The translations under genes were made by a program, and so were the position numbers. Below, one piece after another: positions 22,598-33,973 of a stretch of DNA of 64,000 bases. Location: assembly GCA_030295235.1 (NCBI GenBank), contig AP026136.1:1-64000 (forward strand). Direction: 5' to 3'. The stretch is from Fistulifera solaris (Eukaryota). Position 1 is the first letter of the stretch. Each line of letters opens with the position of its first letter. The notes under the pieces were generated by a model, which searched no databases, was not told where the DNA came from, and was given only the letters and a program-made list of their open reading frames with translations.

Positions 22598-23719
22598 CTA
22601 TGATGCAGCCTCTGGAACAACCAAGCCATCGTCGTTGTACCATGCATGGGCACGAGGGATGTAGGGACCTTGCTTCCCCGCAAACGATACTTGTACCGTA
22701 GGAGCTGTAGGATGATCGGAACGATACGCCGCAAAATGCAGATGCGGTTCGGGTGAAAATCCGACACTTCCACTGGTCCCAATTACTTGTCCTGTTTGAA
22801 CTTGGTCTCCCACCGAAACCAAAGCCGATTGAATATGCACGTATTCGACAAATAGCGGTTTATCAGGAGCTGTATTTTTCACTTGAAGTAATATGGAATT
22901 CCAGTGAAACAAATTCGTGACAGCGATTCCGGTACAATTATGATGATCTTGTACTTGCACCACAACAGCGTCTGCAACGGCAAGCAATGGCGTACCTGCA
23001 GGGCATCGAAAATCAATGGCATGTAAATTTCCGGAAAAGAAATGAGTTAAATGGCCGTGAATTCCTTGCGTGCACAAAAACGATGGATTCGTGGAATCGG
23101 TTCGCAAGGGGAAAGCAAGAAATAAATCATGATAGACGTCGGAAGGATCGGGATGCTGATTCCAGGGTTGAACGTCGCTTTCTAGTCGCAATTGCTCCAA
23201 GTCAATCTGATAGGACGAGATTTCAGTCTCTTCTAATGGTAGGATAACACACAAATGAGCAAATGTTTCCGGCGGACACAGTACAATGAGTGTAGTAACC
23301 TGATTCGTTTCACCCTTATCATTCGTCGTTGAACCTTGCTTTAGGATAAGACCGTGAACATCCCGTAATCGCATTTCGTACACCGTAATATAAGCAACAA
23401 GACTGTAATGATGGAGATTACACACGGTTAAAGTTCCGGATTCTGGATCGATCGCTATATCCGGAATGTTAGACACCTCGTCGGCATCAAAGTCATCAGC
23501 GTGAACTGCTTCCCACCCCAGAATCCAGTCCGATGATTCCGGGTGAGCTATATGACATCCTGGACCGGCATCTGCAACGAAATTATCCGAGGAGGGGAAA
23601 TGAAGTCTTGGGCTTTCTTCATTGCCGCCCAACACGAGTTGCGATTCCTCCCGAAACACATACGGTGCCTTGAACTTCTTTTGGTTGGACTTTTTCGACT
23701 TCGATTTTGGTCTAGGCAT
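22598..23719 (-). CDS. Peptidase M23 family (Zn) domain protein
   Basis: 'HAIDFRCPAGTPLLAVADAVV', 'EYVHI', 'VSVGDQVQTGQVIGTSGSVGFSPEPHLHF' match the M23/LytM HxxxD-like and HxH motifs. Start taken at MPRPKSK. Confidence 0.85.
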   Translation of the reverse strand: MPRPKSKSKKSNQKKFKAPYVFREESQLVLGGNEESPRLHFPSSDNFVADAGPGCHIAHPESSDWILGWEAVHADDFDADEVSNIPDIAIDPESGTLTVCNLHHYSLVAYITVYEMRLRDVHGLILKQGSTTNDKGETNQVTTLIVLCPPETFAHLCVILPLEETEISSYQIDLEQLRLESDVQPWNQHPDPSDVYHDLFLAFPLRTDSTNPSFLCTQGIHGHLTHFFSGNLHAIDFRCPAGTPLLAVADAVVVQVQDHHNCTGIAVTNLFHWNSILLQVKNTAPDKPLFVEYVHIQSALVSVGDQVQTGQVIGTSGSVGFSPEPHLHFAAYRSDHPTAPTVQVSFAGKQGPYIPRAHAWYNDDGLVVPEAAS

Positions 23720-24247
23720 AATGAATAACAACCAAATGAAGAGCATTCATTGCTGCAACAACGGTTGGCATAACCGGGTACTACGTATGTTATGCACGGA
23801 AATTAACAAGGACGTACCAGGTGTAGTCCTTAATGCACGGTTTTGTCGTCGTCTTCTATGACTCATGACTCACCGCAGTCTTGGTTTAGTTAAGACTACA
23901 CTTTGGAGGCTTCGCAACTATCATAAACCTCTTTCACACGTCGATGAAGAGGTTCAAGTTCTACTAAAGACGATTGTATCGTGATAAAGTGATAACGGCA
24001 ATGAAAAGCTCAACAAATGTGCGGGAAGAAGGAGGAACAGATCGACAAAACAAAGGAACTAGCGAACGCATTTGCATATTCTTCGAGCAGCGTCCTCAGT
24101 ACCTAAAACGAAATGGGAAACCTTTTACATTAAAGAGGAGGCGCGGTCGACATTCATTGTCAATCAATTAGTTAACTTTCTACTGTCTTTTAATCTTTAA
24201 TCCATCAATTACACGTAAACTATCATGTTTCTTTTCGGCCTTTCAGT

Positions 24248-24666
24248 CTAGACAATGGCAGGAGCATCGGGACGAAGACCAGTCTTGGAGCAGCAGTCGT
24301 ATGGGTGCACCTTTTCGTCATGAGAGTGACGACTTTGCTGAATGGTCGTGCAGCATCCGCACCAGAAAGTGCAGCAGCAATCGTCCAAATATCCGTCTCC
24401 GAAGGTACTACCGGGAATTTGGTACTTTTGACGCATATGGAATCGAGTGCAGGTTCCCACCACCACACGCCACACAATGAACAAGATCGAGACTGTAAAC
24501 GAGCAGTGTAAGTCGTCTATTTCATTCTGGTGCATTGAAGAAGCTAGAAATTGTTCACAAGACTTACCAATTGACGCTAGGGCGGGAACTCGCACCGACA
24601 CGAGAAGGACGTAAAGAACGAGCGAAGCAATGCTGTATATCATGCAGACATGCTTCATCGGTTCAG
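24248..24666 (-). pseudogene. 3' part of a PLAC8-family (Cys-rich, PCR-like) gene disrupted by LTR element 1; intron 24493-24567
   Basis: 'RFHMRQKYQIPG...DDCCCTFWCGCCTTIQQSRH' is the PLAC8 C-terminal signature. It joins in frame with the 5' part when the element and one TSD copy are removed. Confidence 0.88.
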
Positions 24667-24879
24667 AGCGATAATAAACGAGATTCTCAAGCGAATATCA
24701 CAACAATATCCGCAACAACCGATACAACTTCGAATAACAAAGTCAATCCTAACACATTAATGATTATCTACGATTGGTGTTGCATCGCAACAAGTCATTC
24801 CGATGACGTCGCCATTTTGTAACAACTCGTGTATCAGTCAGTCACGTATAATTGAACGAGATTGTCATTCATCTTCACT
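24667..24879 (-). repeat. 3' LTR of element 1
   Basis: Matches 31146-31358 base for base by inspection. It is preceded on the minus strand by the polypurine tract GAGAGGGAG (24880-24888). Confidence 0.96.
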
Positions 24880-24973
24880 CTCCCTCTCAATCAAAGTTCA
24901 TTCTCTCACAATTTCCTAAAATCCTAAATTCTCTAAACATGTAATCTCTCTCTTGATATGTCGTAGGATCGAA

Positions 24974-27900
24974 TTACCAACCCATCAACATCTTTCGTTT
25001 CGCTTGAAATTCCACCTTTGATAACCCTTTAGTGAAAATATCAGCCTTTTGAAGTTTCGTGATCAATGCGCTTTGCCTCAATCTCTCCTTCACGTGAATG
25101 CTCAATAAACCACCAGTACTTGCAAGCAATATGCTTTGTTCTTGGTGTCATCTTTGGATACTCATTGTTCATCATAATCAATGCTCCATTGTTGTCCTCC
25201 CATACGGTAGAAACTGTAGAAGCAGAATCTCTGTCAATCCCGAAATGAATAGTAAGCTCTTCCATCACCTCTCTGATAGGCAATAGCTGTCTCATCGCAA
25301 CTGATGCTGCAATAAACTCTGCTTCCGTAGTAGAAAGCGAAATTTCCGTCTGTAACTTTGAACCCCACAACACAGGAACGTCACCGAGTGTGATGACATA
25401 TCCCGTTCTACTCTTAACACATACCGGATCATTAGCATCTTCCGAATTCCACAATCCAGCAAAATCAGCATCCACAAACAAATCCAATTTCAGATCATTC
25501 GTTGGACGTATAATCATTCCTCTCGTTCTCGTAGCCTTTAAATATCGACCGATCGTCTTCAACGCTTTCGTGTACTCGTTTCGGACAATGAGTGAATCGC
25601 GCATTGATGAACAGCAAATGCAATGTCGGGTCTCGAATTTGACGCTAAATACATCATCATTCCAACAACACTCGCATACGACCAAGCCTCGACGCAATCT
25701 TCACCATTCTCATCCTTTCCAAGTGTAGTCGGGCTCGCGGGAATCTGATTTTCTCTACTATCCTGCAATCCCATCGTTGCAACAATTCGATCAATAAGCC
25801 CAGTTTGCAACAACTCCAGAGTTCCGTCTTCTTTTCGCTCAATCAATATACCAAGAAATCCAGCAACGCTCTCATCTTCGACCTTAAGCTGAAATCTCTG
25901 ATATTTCTCATTGTGACAAAGATCATAAATAACCTCATCAATATCGGACACATCGCGTGCAAAGAATAAGCAATCGTCCACATAAGTCAAACACACAACC
26001 TTATCAGAAAGAAACAAGCATGGCTCATTCTTCGATTGACGAAATCCTCTGTCTTCCAATCCTTTCTTCAATGTCTTAAAGAAATTCAGTGGGCTTTGGG
26101 CGTAATCCATAAACACTCTTCTTCAACTTGAAAATATACCCTGGTCTATCGTGAACGCCCGGCATTTCACAATAAACCTCTTCGTCAAGATCGGCTTGAA
26201 CAAAGGCTAATGTATAATCAACCTGCCGTGTCGCCAATCCCAAAACTATCGACATAATCAACAACAGACGACACTGTACTCCACGAAACTACCGGTGCAT
26301 ACGTTTCAAAGAAATCAACTCCTTCAATCTGTCGGTCTCCTCGAATACACCAGCGCCCTTGTACTTCTTCACCGTTCCATCAGGATATCTTTTGCATTTA
26401 AATGCCCAGGTACTCGGCAATATATTCGCTCCCTTTTCTATCGCTTCCGACCTCGGTACTTCATCCCACGGATCTAATGCTTTCAACGAATAATACTCTT
26501 CGTCCATTGCTTTCTCGTAACCAATTGCATCCGGACCATTCATCGCTTGATAATAGTTCGGAGTATCCTCATTGTTCGCCTTCGCAGCAAAAAGCAAACG
26601 GATGCAAGTCCTCAATCAAGTTGTCATCGTCGCTGTGTTTGCATCATCGAAACATATGCCCAATAATTTCCAACAGCCAACGGTTCCTCATCAAAATCCA
26701 ATGTCGACAAGAACGCGTCATTCGAAGTCAGCACTCCAAATTCAGCTTCAATCTCATTCAACAGTCTCTCTTCTTCGCTCAAACCAAACTCAGATTTGAC
26801 AAAGTTCGCATCATCTTCGTCTTCGGGACCATAGTAACGATCTCCTTTCACCGGCTTATTCGCATAATCGGGACCGTAAAACTTTCGATTCCAATGACGA
26901 TTTCTACCACTTCTCCTTGGTGGTTGGGGTTCCTCATCTTCATCCACTATGTCATCATCTCCCTCTGGAAACAATAACGGTACTTCTACTTCCACTTCAT
27001 TCAAATCATTCTCCACAGCTTGTACCTTTCTCACAGGGCGGGACCAGACTCCGACTCTGTGCTCGTCGCTTAAGAAACTCTTCTCTCTTCAATTTTTCTT
27101 GATCGGTAAGCCAATCTTCGTGCAACAGAGGCGGTTCGTTGTCCAGATCCACTTTATCTCTACTAAACGTCAACAATTCTTCCCAATTCGATGGCTCGGG
27201 ATCGTCGGCATTCGAATTCTGTACCAACGGAATTGTCGTAAACCTTTCATCATACACCACATGAAATTGTGATGATACTGCACCAGTCCGCAAGTTCCTT
27301 ATCAAACCAATCGTACTTTCGCGTGCCGGGTCGACATACCCAAGAACTGTCCTCTTCGACTTTTCGGGTTGCCAACGAGGTAACTTCTTTCCGTCCTGAA
27401 CTTTCGCATCCAAAACGTAACACGGACATCCAAAGACTCTCATTTTCTGCAAAACATCCATGTTCATTGTAACTCCTGAAAATAACTCAATGGGTGCTAA
27501 ACCAGTGTCCTTCTTCGGAAGTCGATTCCAAAGATAGACTGCATAGTCCACTGCAAATGGCCACAAATCAATACTTGTCTCAGCTGGCCAGTGAATCATT
27601 GCATGTAATAGCATTGTTCTCGCACTCTCGGTAATCGTCAGACGCGTTCTCTGCAATACCATTTTGATGATGCGCTCCAACGCCAGAAAACTCGACACTC
27701 TGCCCTTTCAGCTCTAAATCTTTCATGAATTCTCGCGACTTGTAAACTCCTTGATCAGTACGGTATCCCTGAATCTCAACACCATACGATCTCGCTTCCT
27801 GCTCAAATGCATGCTTCGCTCTGAGCGTCTCTGCAGCCGTCGTTGTAATTTGATTTCGGCACAAACATGTAACTCGTTGCTGTATCAACGAATATAGTTC

Positions 27901-30900
27901 CATAGCCATATTTCTCATTCTCTTGCTCTTTTCCACGAGTCTCCAATCGTCGACCACGTTCAGTTGAAGTAAACTGATCAGATGAAACGACTTGGCCTGG
28001 CTGTAGGATGCCGGCCTTCAACACGCCGTCTCGGCTCGGAATTTTCGACTGCTTTTCGGTCTCAATTGCACGTCTTTTCGCTTTTCCATATTGACATGCA
28101 GCACATATCGGCGGCTCGCACGAGGACGTCTTTTCATATCAGCGTAGGAATAATTGGTACCGATGCCTTATCCCCCTCTCGAACGCGCGTGAGTCGCTGA
28201 ATCCACTGAAAGTTAAAATGCCCCAACCGATCATGAATCAACTTCAATTCACGTTGCGCGGGCGTCAGGTTCAAATTATCTTCCAAAGTAACTTGAATAG
28301 AGCTAGGACCCACAGCAAATGCTTGATCGATCATCGAATCATCACACGTTGTTGGACGTGCAATAGGAAGACGATCTTTGGTAGCGTGAAAACGTAAGCT
28401 TGGACTTCGTGAAATGGAAACCTGAAAACACATCCATGTTCATTGACCATAAATGATCCATTGCCCCCTCTGGCTTCAACCTGGAAATGAACTTGAGGGC
28501 TAAACAGCCGTACCTGCGCCCGAAGGAACATACAGCTTCGATGACGGATCTCTTGAACCTGTCCATTATCGTCACGAATTTGCCACCTAACAAAGCCCCA
28601 TCCTTTCACTTGAGCCTTCTGTGCAATGCCTGTTAAATTTCCGTCGGAGTTATGAAACTCTTCAAAGTCTTCTCGATGTGGCGTCACTCCGGTGGATGCT
28701 CCAGTATCAAAAACGATTGGCGTCTCTGACACATTGCCGAAGTAAACACTTTGTAAATGAAAACAACCATCAACTGGATGACCTTGACCAGTATCCAGCA
28801 ATGGATAAAGCGTAGCAATGTAGCTCGATAAACTTCCCAATAAAGTAAGATCGCACTCGCGGCATCAAACAGAATTCATCAAAGCCACAAAGTAAACTCA
28901 GAAAATGTGGGTTCTGTGCACACGACGCAGTAAACACATGTGCAAATGACTGTCTTGCAAGGGTCTTGTAAAATGGCTCTGGCCGTTGAGGCGGTCGATC
29001 GGCCCAGCCTCTCAACCAATCGGCATACGCTTCATCCGCTTTCAGCAAATGTCTAATTGCGGACCGTTTCGTGAAGCTTCTTGCACACTGACGCTTCCTC
29101 CTGCCAAACCAGACACCTCGCTTTCGTCTCTTCTTCTTTCCAACTTTAACTCGGTTCGAACGCCTTGGTCCTCGCGGAACAAACCAGATCGGCAGAAAAT
29201 CTGTCAGCGCGTACACTCCTTGCGCCATAAAATAAATTCTTCCATAAAATTCTCCAATCACAAACGAACTGTGCACTTCCGTAACTTCATTGAAAGCACA
29301 ACAGATAATCACTCCAAAAGAAACAATCCAAAACAAGAATGCAAGCGAATTAATGATCGCTTTTCGCACTCATCTTTTCAATTCTGGAAAGTTTGGGCCA
29401 TCTGCTCCATCGGTCCAGAAAACCGGTGAAGCGGCCCATTAAAAACGCCGGCGTCAACTTGCCGACATAATTTCCTTGACCACCTTTATCTTGATCCTTC
29501 CCGTCGGAGTTCGAATTCTTCTTGCCATCCGACTTTGCAGAATCGTCCGATCCAAAATTAGCCACCATAGCACGATGCGTATCGGTGTCATGATCATTCC
29601 ATCTGTTGCAACGACCACACCAATAGACCGTTTTCCCATCAATAACCTTCTTATGAGGTTCTCCTTTCTTTGGGGGGAGTGCGGTAAGGGTCTTTATCGC
29701 CTTGATTGGCGGACTTATCGCTCTGCTTGCCGCCACCCTCGACCACCTCGACCACCTCTTCCTCCACGTCCACGACCACGACCTCCACGGCCTTCGCCTC
29801 TCGACCACCGCGCTCATTATTATTCTCTTTCTTTGGCGCTTTGCAGTCCTTGGCCATGTGGCCTTCTTTTCCACAGTTGTAGCAATTTCCAGTAAAGAAT
29901 CCGGTCTCTTCCTTTCCATCGCCAGCTGCCCACAAACTAGCACCAATCAACCCAGAATATAGATTGTTGGCCTTTGTAGTAATATCTTCCACCGTGCAAC
30001 TATCTCCTGCCACAGCTCGAAAAGTTGTAAGCTTGCGGTTGAATTCTTCCGTCGAACTCTTGACTAGTGAACGTTCGATGATATTCACAAAGTCAGGCAC
30101 AGTCGCATTTCCTGTAAACGTATCCACGTTCGAAAGCATATTGAACACTCCATGTGCAACCGTGCAATAACTGCGAACATTTTCACCAGGAAAGTCGGTC
30201 ACACTTAAGCTCTCAAACTGATCAATCAATCCACGGAGCGTCGTTGAGTCTCGCACAACAACAAATTCCATCATCATTTTAAAGTATACCGGGCCAGTCC
30301 GATGAATCTCCGGAAGGCCCTGCACCTGAGTTTCGATCCTCGTACGAAGCTCTTCAGAACAACTGTTGAGAATCAATTCTCCAGACCAAGCCAAATTTTC
30401 CCTTTTGTATTTCTGTCGAGGCACACTCGACAAAAACACTGAATGCTTTTTAATATTCTCCATGCTCACTTCCGAATAACGCGAAAGAAGCGAGACTAGC
30501 TTTGCATCTGGAGCTGGGACCTCAATTCCATATCCAGGATGGTGCACGAATCCGGTCGGAATGTCAAAGACATCCAACATGTCATACATCCGCATTTTCT
30601 CGCGAACGTCCCGATACGAAGATCCACACGATACCACTTCGCCAATGTCTCCGCCCGAGGCTGCAACCTTCAAATTTACCGTGTCCATGGAATCAAACTG
30701 CGGTTCAATCCCTTCCGTGGCATGCTCGCTGAAGATAATTGTACTCCTTAGTACTCAAATCCTTTCTGTCTTTCTTTGGGAACGGAATATTCCCTTCTAA
30801 CTGCTCAGCAACGCTTAGAATGGTCGCCGGAGGCGCTTCTCCATCCAAATGATTGCTCAAATAATCAAACTGATCGGCCATGTTGTCAGTTCCAGTCGGT

Positions 30901-31086
30901 TCGGTCAACAGTTCCAACTGTTCAGTTTCCAATTCGTTCGATTCGTTTACGTCTTCAAAAGACGACAATTCGCTCTTCAAAGACTTCTTCCTTTTCTTCT
31001 TCACCCACTTCTTCTCTCAAAGTAGGTATTTCCTCTTGTTGCCGAGCTCGTGGTGGGTCAGCACTTCTTGTTCGCCGTGTTGGCAT
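24974..31086 (-). CDS. gag-pol polyprotein of element 1, fragmented by many frameshifts
   Basis: Zn knuckle CYNCGKEGHMAKDC, WCGRCNRW..H, protease IVFDTGAS, integrase HDRLGH..C..C and 'GVGAHHQNGIAE', RT 'RQVDYTLAFVQA', 'LKKSVYGL', 'YVDD', and RNase H 'DADFAG', 'EDNNGA', ending LMGW*. Confidence 0.9.
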
Positions 31087-31130
31087 TCAATGTCTCGTCT
31101 ATCAAAACAGATCCAGCAATCGCGCGTGAA

Positions 31131-31145
31131 TCTGGGCTCATAACC
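31131..31145 (-). promoter_or_regulatory. Primer-binding site GGTTATGAGCCCAGA (internal/half tRNA-iMet type)
   Basis: Abuts the 5' LTR and is complementary to GGGCTCATAACC, the anticodon arm of initiator tRNA-Met. The same motif occurs in element 2. Confidence 0.85.
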
Positions 31146-31358
31146 AGCGATAATAAACGAGATTCTCAAGCGAATATCACAACAATATCCGCAACAACCG
31201 ATACAACTTCGAATAACAAAGTCAATCCTAACACATTAATGATTATCTACGATTGGTGTTGCATCGCAACAAGTCATTCCGATGACGTCGCCATTTTGTA
31301 ACAACTCGTGTATCAGTCAGTCACGTATAATTGAACGAGATTGTCATTCATCTTCACT
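31146..31358 (-). repeat. 5' LTR of element 1
   Basis: Direct repeat of 24667-24879, followed by the PBS. Confidence 0.96.
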
Positions 31359-31812
31359 TTCAGGACCTTTCATACCGAACAAGTTGAGATGAAAGCGCTC
31401 CAAAAGTTGACCTTGCAAGACGCAATTGAGGCACCAACCCATCCAGAAACAACCGGTAGCGATGGTCTCACAGCAATCGCGACAAACCATTGGCGCCAGC
31501 GGCCTGTGGGGGCACTTTCAGCGCTACCCGAAGAGATGTCGACGGTCGACATGGCTCTCAGGATAAGGCACTTCGATCATCTGACCTTTCTTGACGCCGC
31601 CTTCGGGGACTGTCACTTTGAACTGTAAAAAAGAAACAATCGCAGAAAGAGATAGTTGGAAATGATTTATAATTAGATGATTGCAGAAGACAAAAGGCGA
31701 AGATGCGGACCTCTCAAGAAACGACACTCACTGTTTTTCCATCGACAGTCGCGTCAAAGACGTAACCGGCCTCCAAATCACCAGGGGCATCTACTTGAAC
31801 GATCTTTGTCAT
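31359..31812 (-). pseudogene. 5' part of the disrupted PLAC8-family gene; intron 31623-31731
   Basis: MTKIVQVDAPGDLEAGYVFDATVDGKT|FKVTVPEGGVKKGQMIEVPYP...PTGRWR..CCETIATGCFWMGWCLNCVLQGQLLERFHLNLFGMKGPE. The intron is GTGAGT..TTACAG, and exon 2 has small indels. Confidence 0.85.
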
Positions 31813-32538
31813 TTTGATGATGGGTAAAGCTTTAAGTTGAATATAAAGGGAGAAGTTATGGAGGAAGAAGCGTCGCAAAGCAATGCAAATAAGCAATGCA
31901 CATTCGGAAGTGAAATGCAATCAACGATGAAAGATCCAGGGAGACCACGAGGACACGGAAGCAACGGAAGCACAACACGAAACGCGAGGAAATCGGGAAT
32001 TCGGATCCTCCAACTCCAACCCCAACCCCGTACAAAACTGTAACCGCGACTCACCATTTAGATAGTAGACTTGAGACTTGGAAAAGAAAACGATACACCA
32101 ACGGAAATTAATTGCATCTAAGTACATCAGAAGATAGTATGCAATGAATACCTAACCCCTAACCCTCGTTCGTATGTCACATGTCCTCGTCCTTTATTTA
32201 TTTTCGGTACAATTGTTACTGTCGTCAACTATCTAAAGATTAAATACTCAAACTTTTAAACTGCATTTACGAAAGATTTTGAACGTAAAAACCATACTAG
32301 CTTCATTTTTCAATGAGGTTGGCAGATTGATAACTTGAGGCGATGACGAGGTATCTGATTTCTGTCGTTGCTTGACGATTCATGACTTGTCGAATCATTT
32401 TAACGCCACTCTGTTCGTCCCTAAATTTGGTAAAGTTTGTAGTATAAAGTGTTGTAAGATGCATGATTACATTGCGAACTGCACTCGTTGTTGCTTGTTG
32501 TCGCAATGTTTAAGGTGTTTTTATTTCATAAAGCGGCG

Positions 32539-33333
32539 TCATGAGTTGCAACGATCCTGGACTAAGATTCTGTCCAGTGAAAAGACTGAGACCAACACAT
32601 CTAGTCGTAACTTCCACAAATCCCTGCAAAAGATCGGTACAGCCTTTTTAAAGACGTCAGGGCAGTTGAGCTGAATATCTTGTCCCCTCGAGCCGCACAT
32701 GCTACAGGGACAGTTTACCCCGTCAACTTTAGCCGTACATGCCGTCCATGTCGTGAATCGTCCCGGCGGGTGAACTCCGTCTACGCAAACCGTGGGAACT
32801 TTGAACGAGACAGTATCTCTATCGGAAAGGTCTCTTCCGACTCTTTCTTCAATTTTTGTTACATTTAATGTCAAATCATCACTTCCACTGCAGAGGGTCG
32901 AATTGAGTTGGTTTCCCGACACGCGGACTTGCATTTTACCGGTGTACGATGGCTTCACGCAATATTCACCCACTGTAGGTAAAGTCATGGGAAGATTTAC
33001 GCCCGCTTTTTCCCTCAAATCGTCCATGCATACCACCGTATCACAGCCGAAATCCACGATGCGACGAAAAGGTTGCAATACACATCTGCACTGAAAAGGG
33101 AAGGGACTATACTGATTGAGAGGGTCTTGAATGACGCCAACAATTAAGTCGCACAAAGGACCGGCTTCTCGTTCGTCGATCAACTCCAGAGAAGACACAT
33201 CGAGTGTTCCTTTCGATAGGTCGGCGTTCGCGACAAAATCTTCTAATTCCTGTAGTTTCCGCGCCCGTAACGCAGCCGAAGCGCTACGCAGAAGGACTGC
33301 GGATACGAGAGTTATGAGACGGGTATACTTCAT
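32539..33333 (-). CDS. Hypothetical secreted Cys-rich protein
   Basis: Signal peptide MKYTRLITLVSAVLLRSASA, an 'LRARKLQ' propeptide-like motif and many paired Cys. The C-terminus is uncertain. Confidence 0.7.
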   Translation of the reverse strand: MKYTRLITLVSAVLLRSASAALRARKLQELEDFVANADLSKGTLDVSSLELIDEREAGPLCDLIVGVIQDPLNQYSPFPFQCRCVLQPFRRIVDFGCDTVVCMDDLREKAGVNLPMTLPTVGEYCVKPSYTGKMQVRVSGNQLNSTLCSGSDDLTLNVTKIEERVGRDLSDRDTVSFKVPTVCVDGVHPPGRFTTWTACTAKVDGVNCPCSMCGSRGQDIQLNCPDVFKKAVPIFCRDLWKLRLDVLVSVFSLDRILVQDRCNS

Positions 33334-33973
33334 ATCAGTATTTACAGATGCTTGCTTCTTGTTTGTTCGACAGCAATTATGAATGAATTGCTGTGATGGT
33401 AGGCGAGAAAAGAAATCCTCTGTCCAGTGTCCAGTGCGAAACAAATAATGCGCACCGTAGCCGCGGAGGAAAAAGGGATAGGCCGCAAAAACGCAGAACC
33501 ACATACAGAAAACGGAGTCGTGGATGATTCGCTCTCCCCCAAAGTACAATCAATGGTCATTTTCACTGACGGGTCTACTTTTTTGTATCGCGCTTTAAAA
33601 ATAGTTAGCTCATTAGGCCCAATTTTGTTCGAATTAACGGCTCATCGCGCGGTGACCCTTGATAAATTTGGCCATGTGCATTACTGCATTACACTTGAAA
33701 ACAGTAAACACTTTCCTAGGAACTAGGAACTCATGTTACGTAGTCTAGCCACTAGCCAGTAGCTAGACTTGATGTTTCGTATTGTTTGCGGAGTCCTCTA
33801 GAATATTCTCTATAGGTAAAGAGCGACTAGCGTAGCAACCATGCTTTTGAAATGAATCGGGTTGAGAAATCTAATGCTCACGAGATAGGAGTTCAAATAA
33901 GTAGCAATGTTTTCTTTCCAATACAAAAGTTTTGTCCTATTCACATCAATTGCGTTTTATTTCTAAATAAGCT

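Larger units (their letters stand above)
24667..31358 (-). mobile_element. Complete Ty1/copia LTR retrotransposon (diatom CoDi-like), element 1, ~6.7 kb, TSD TTCAG
   Basis: Identical 213-bp direct repeats at 24667-24879 and 31146-31358. TTCAG flanks both ends (24662-24666 and 31359-31363). Domain order is gag (CCHC)-PR-IN-RT-RNase H, with PBS and PPT present. Confidence 0.97.

Noticed and set aside
32151..32166. CCTAACCCCTAACCCT interstitial telomere-like sequence
   Set aside because: Only about two imperfect units, which is compatible with chance.
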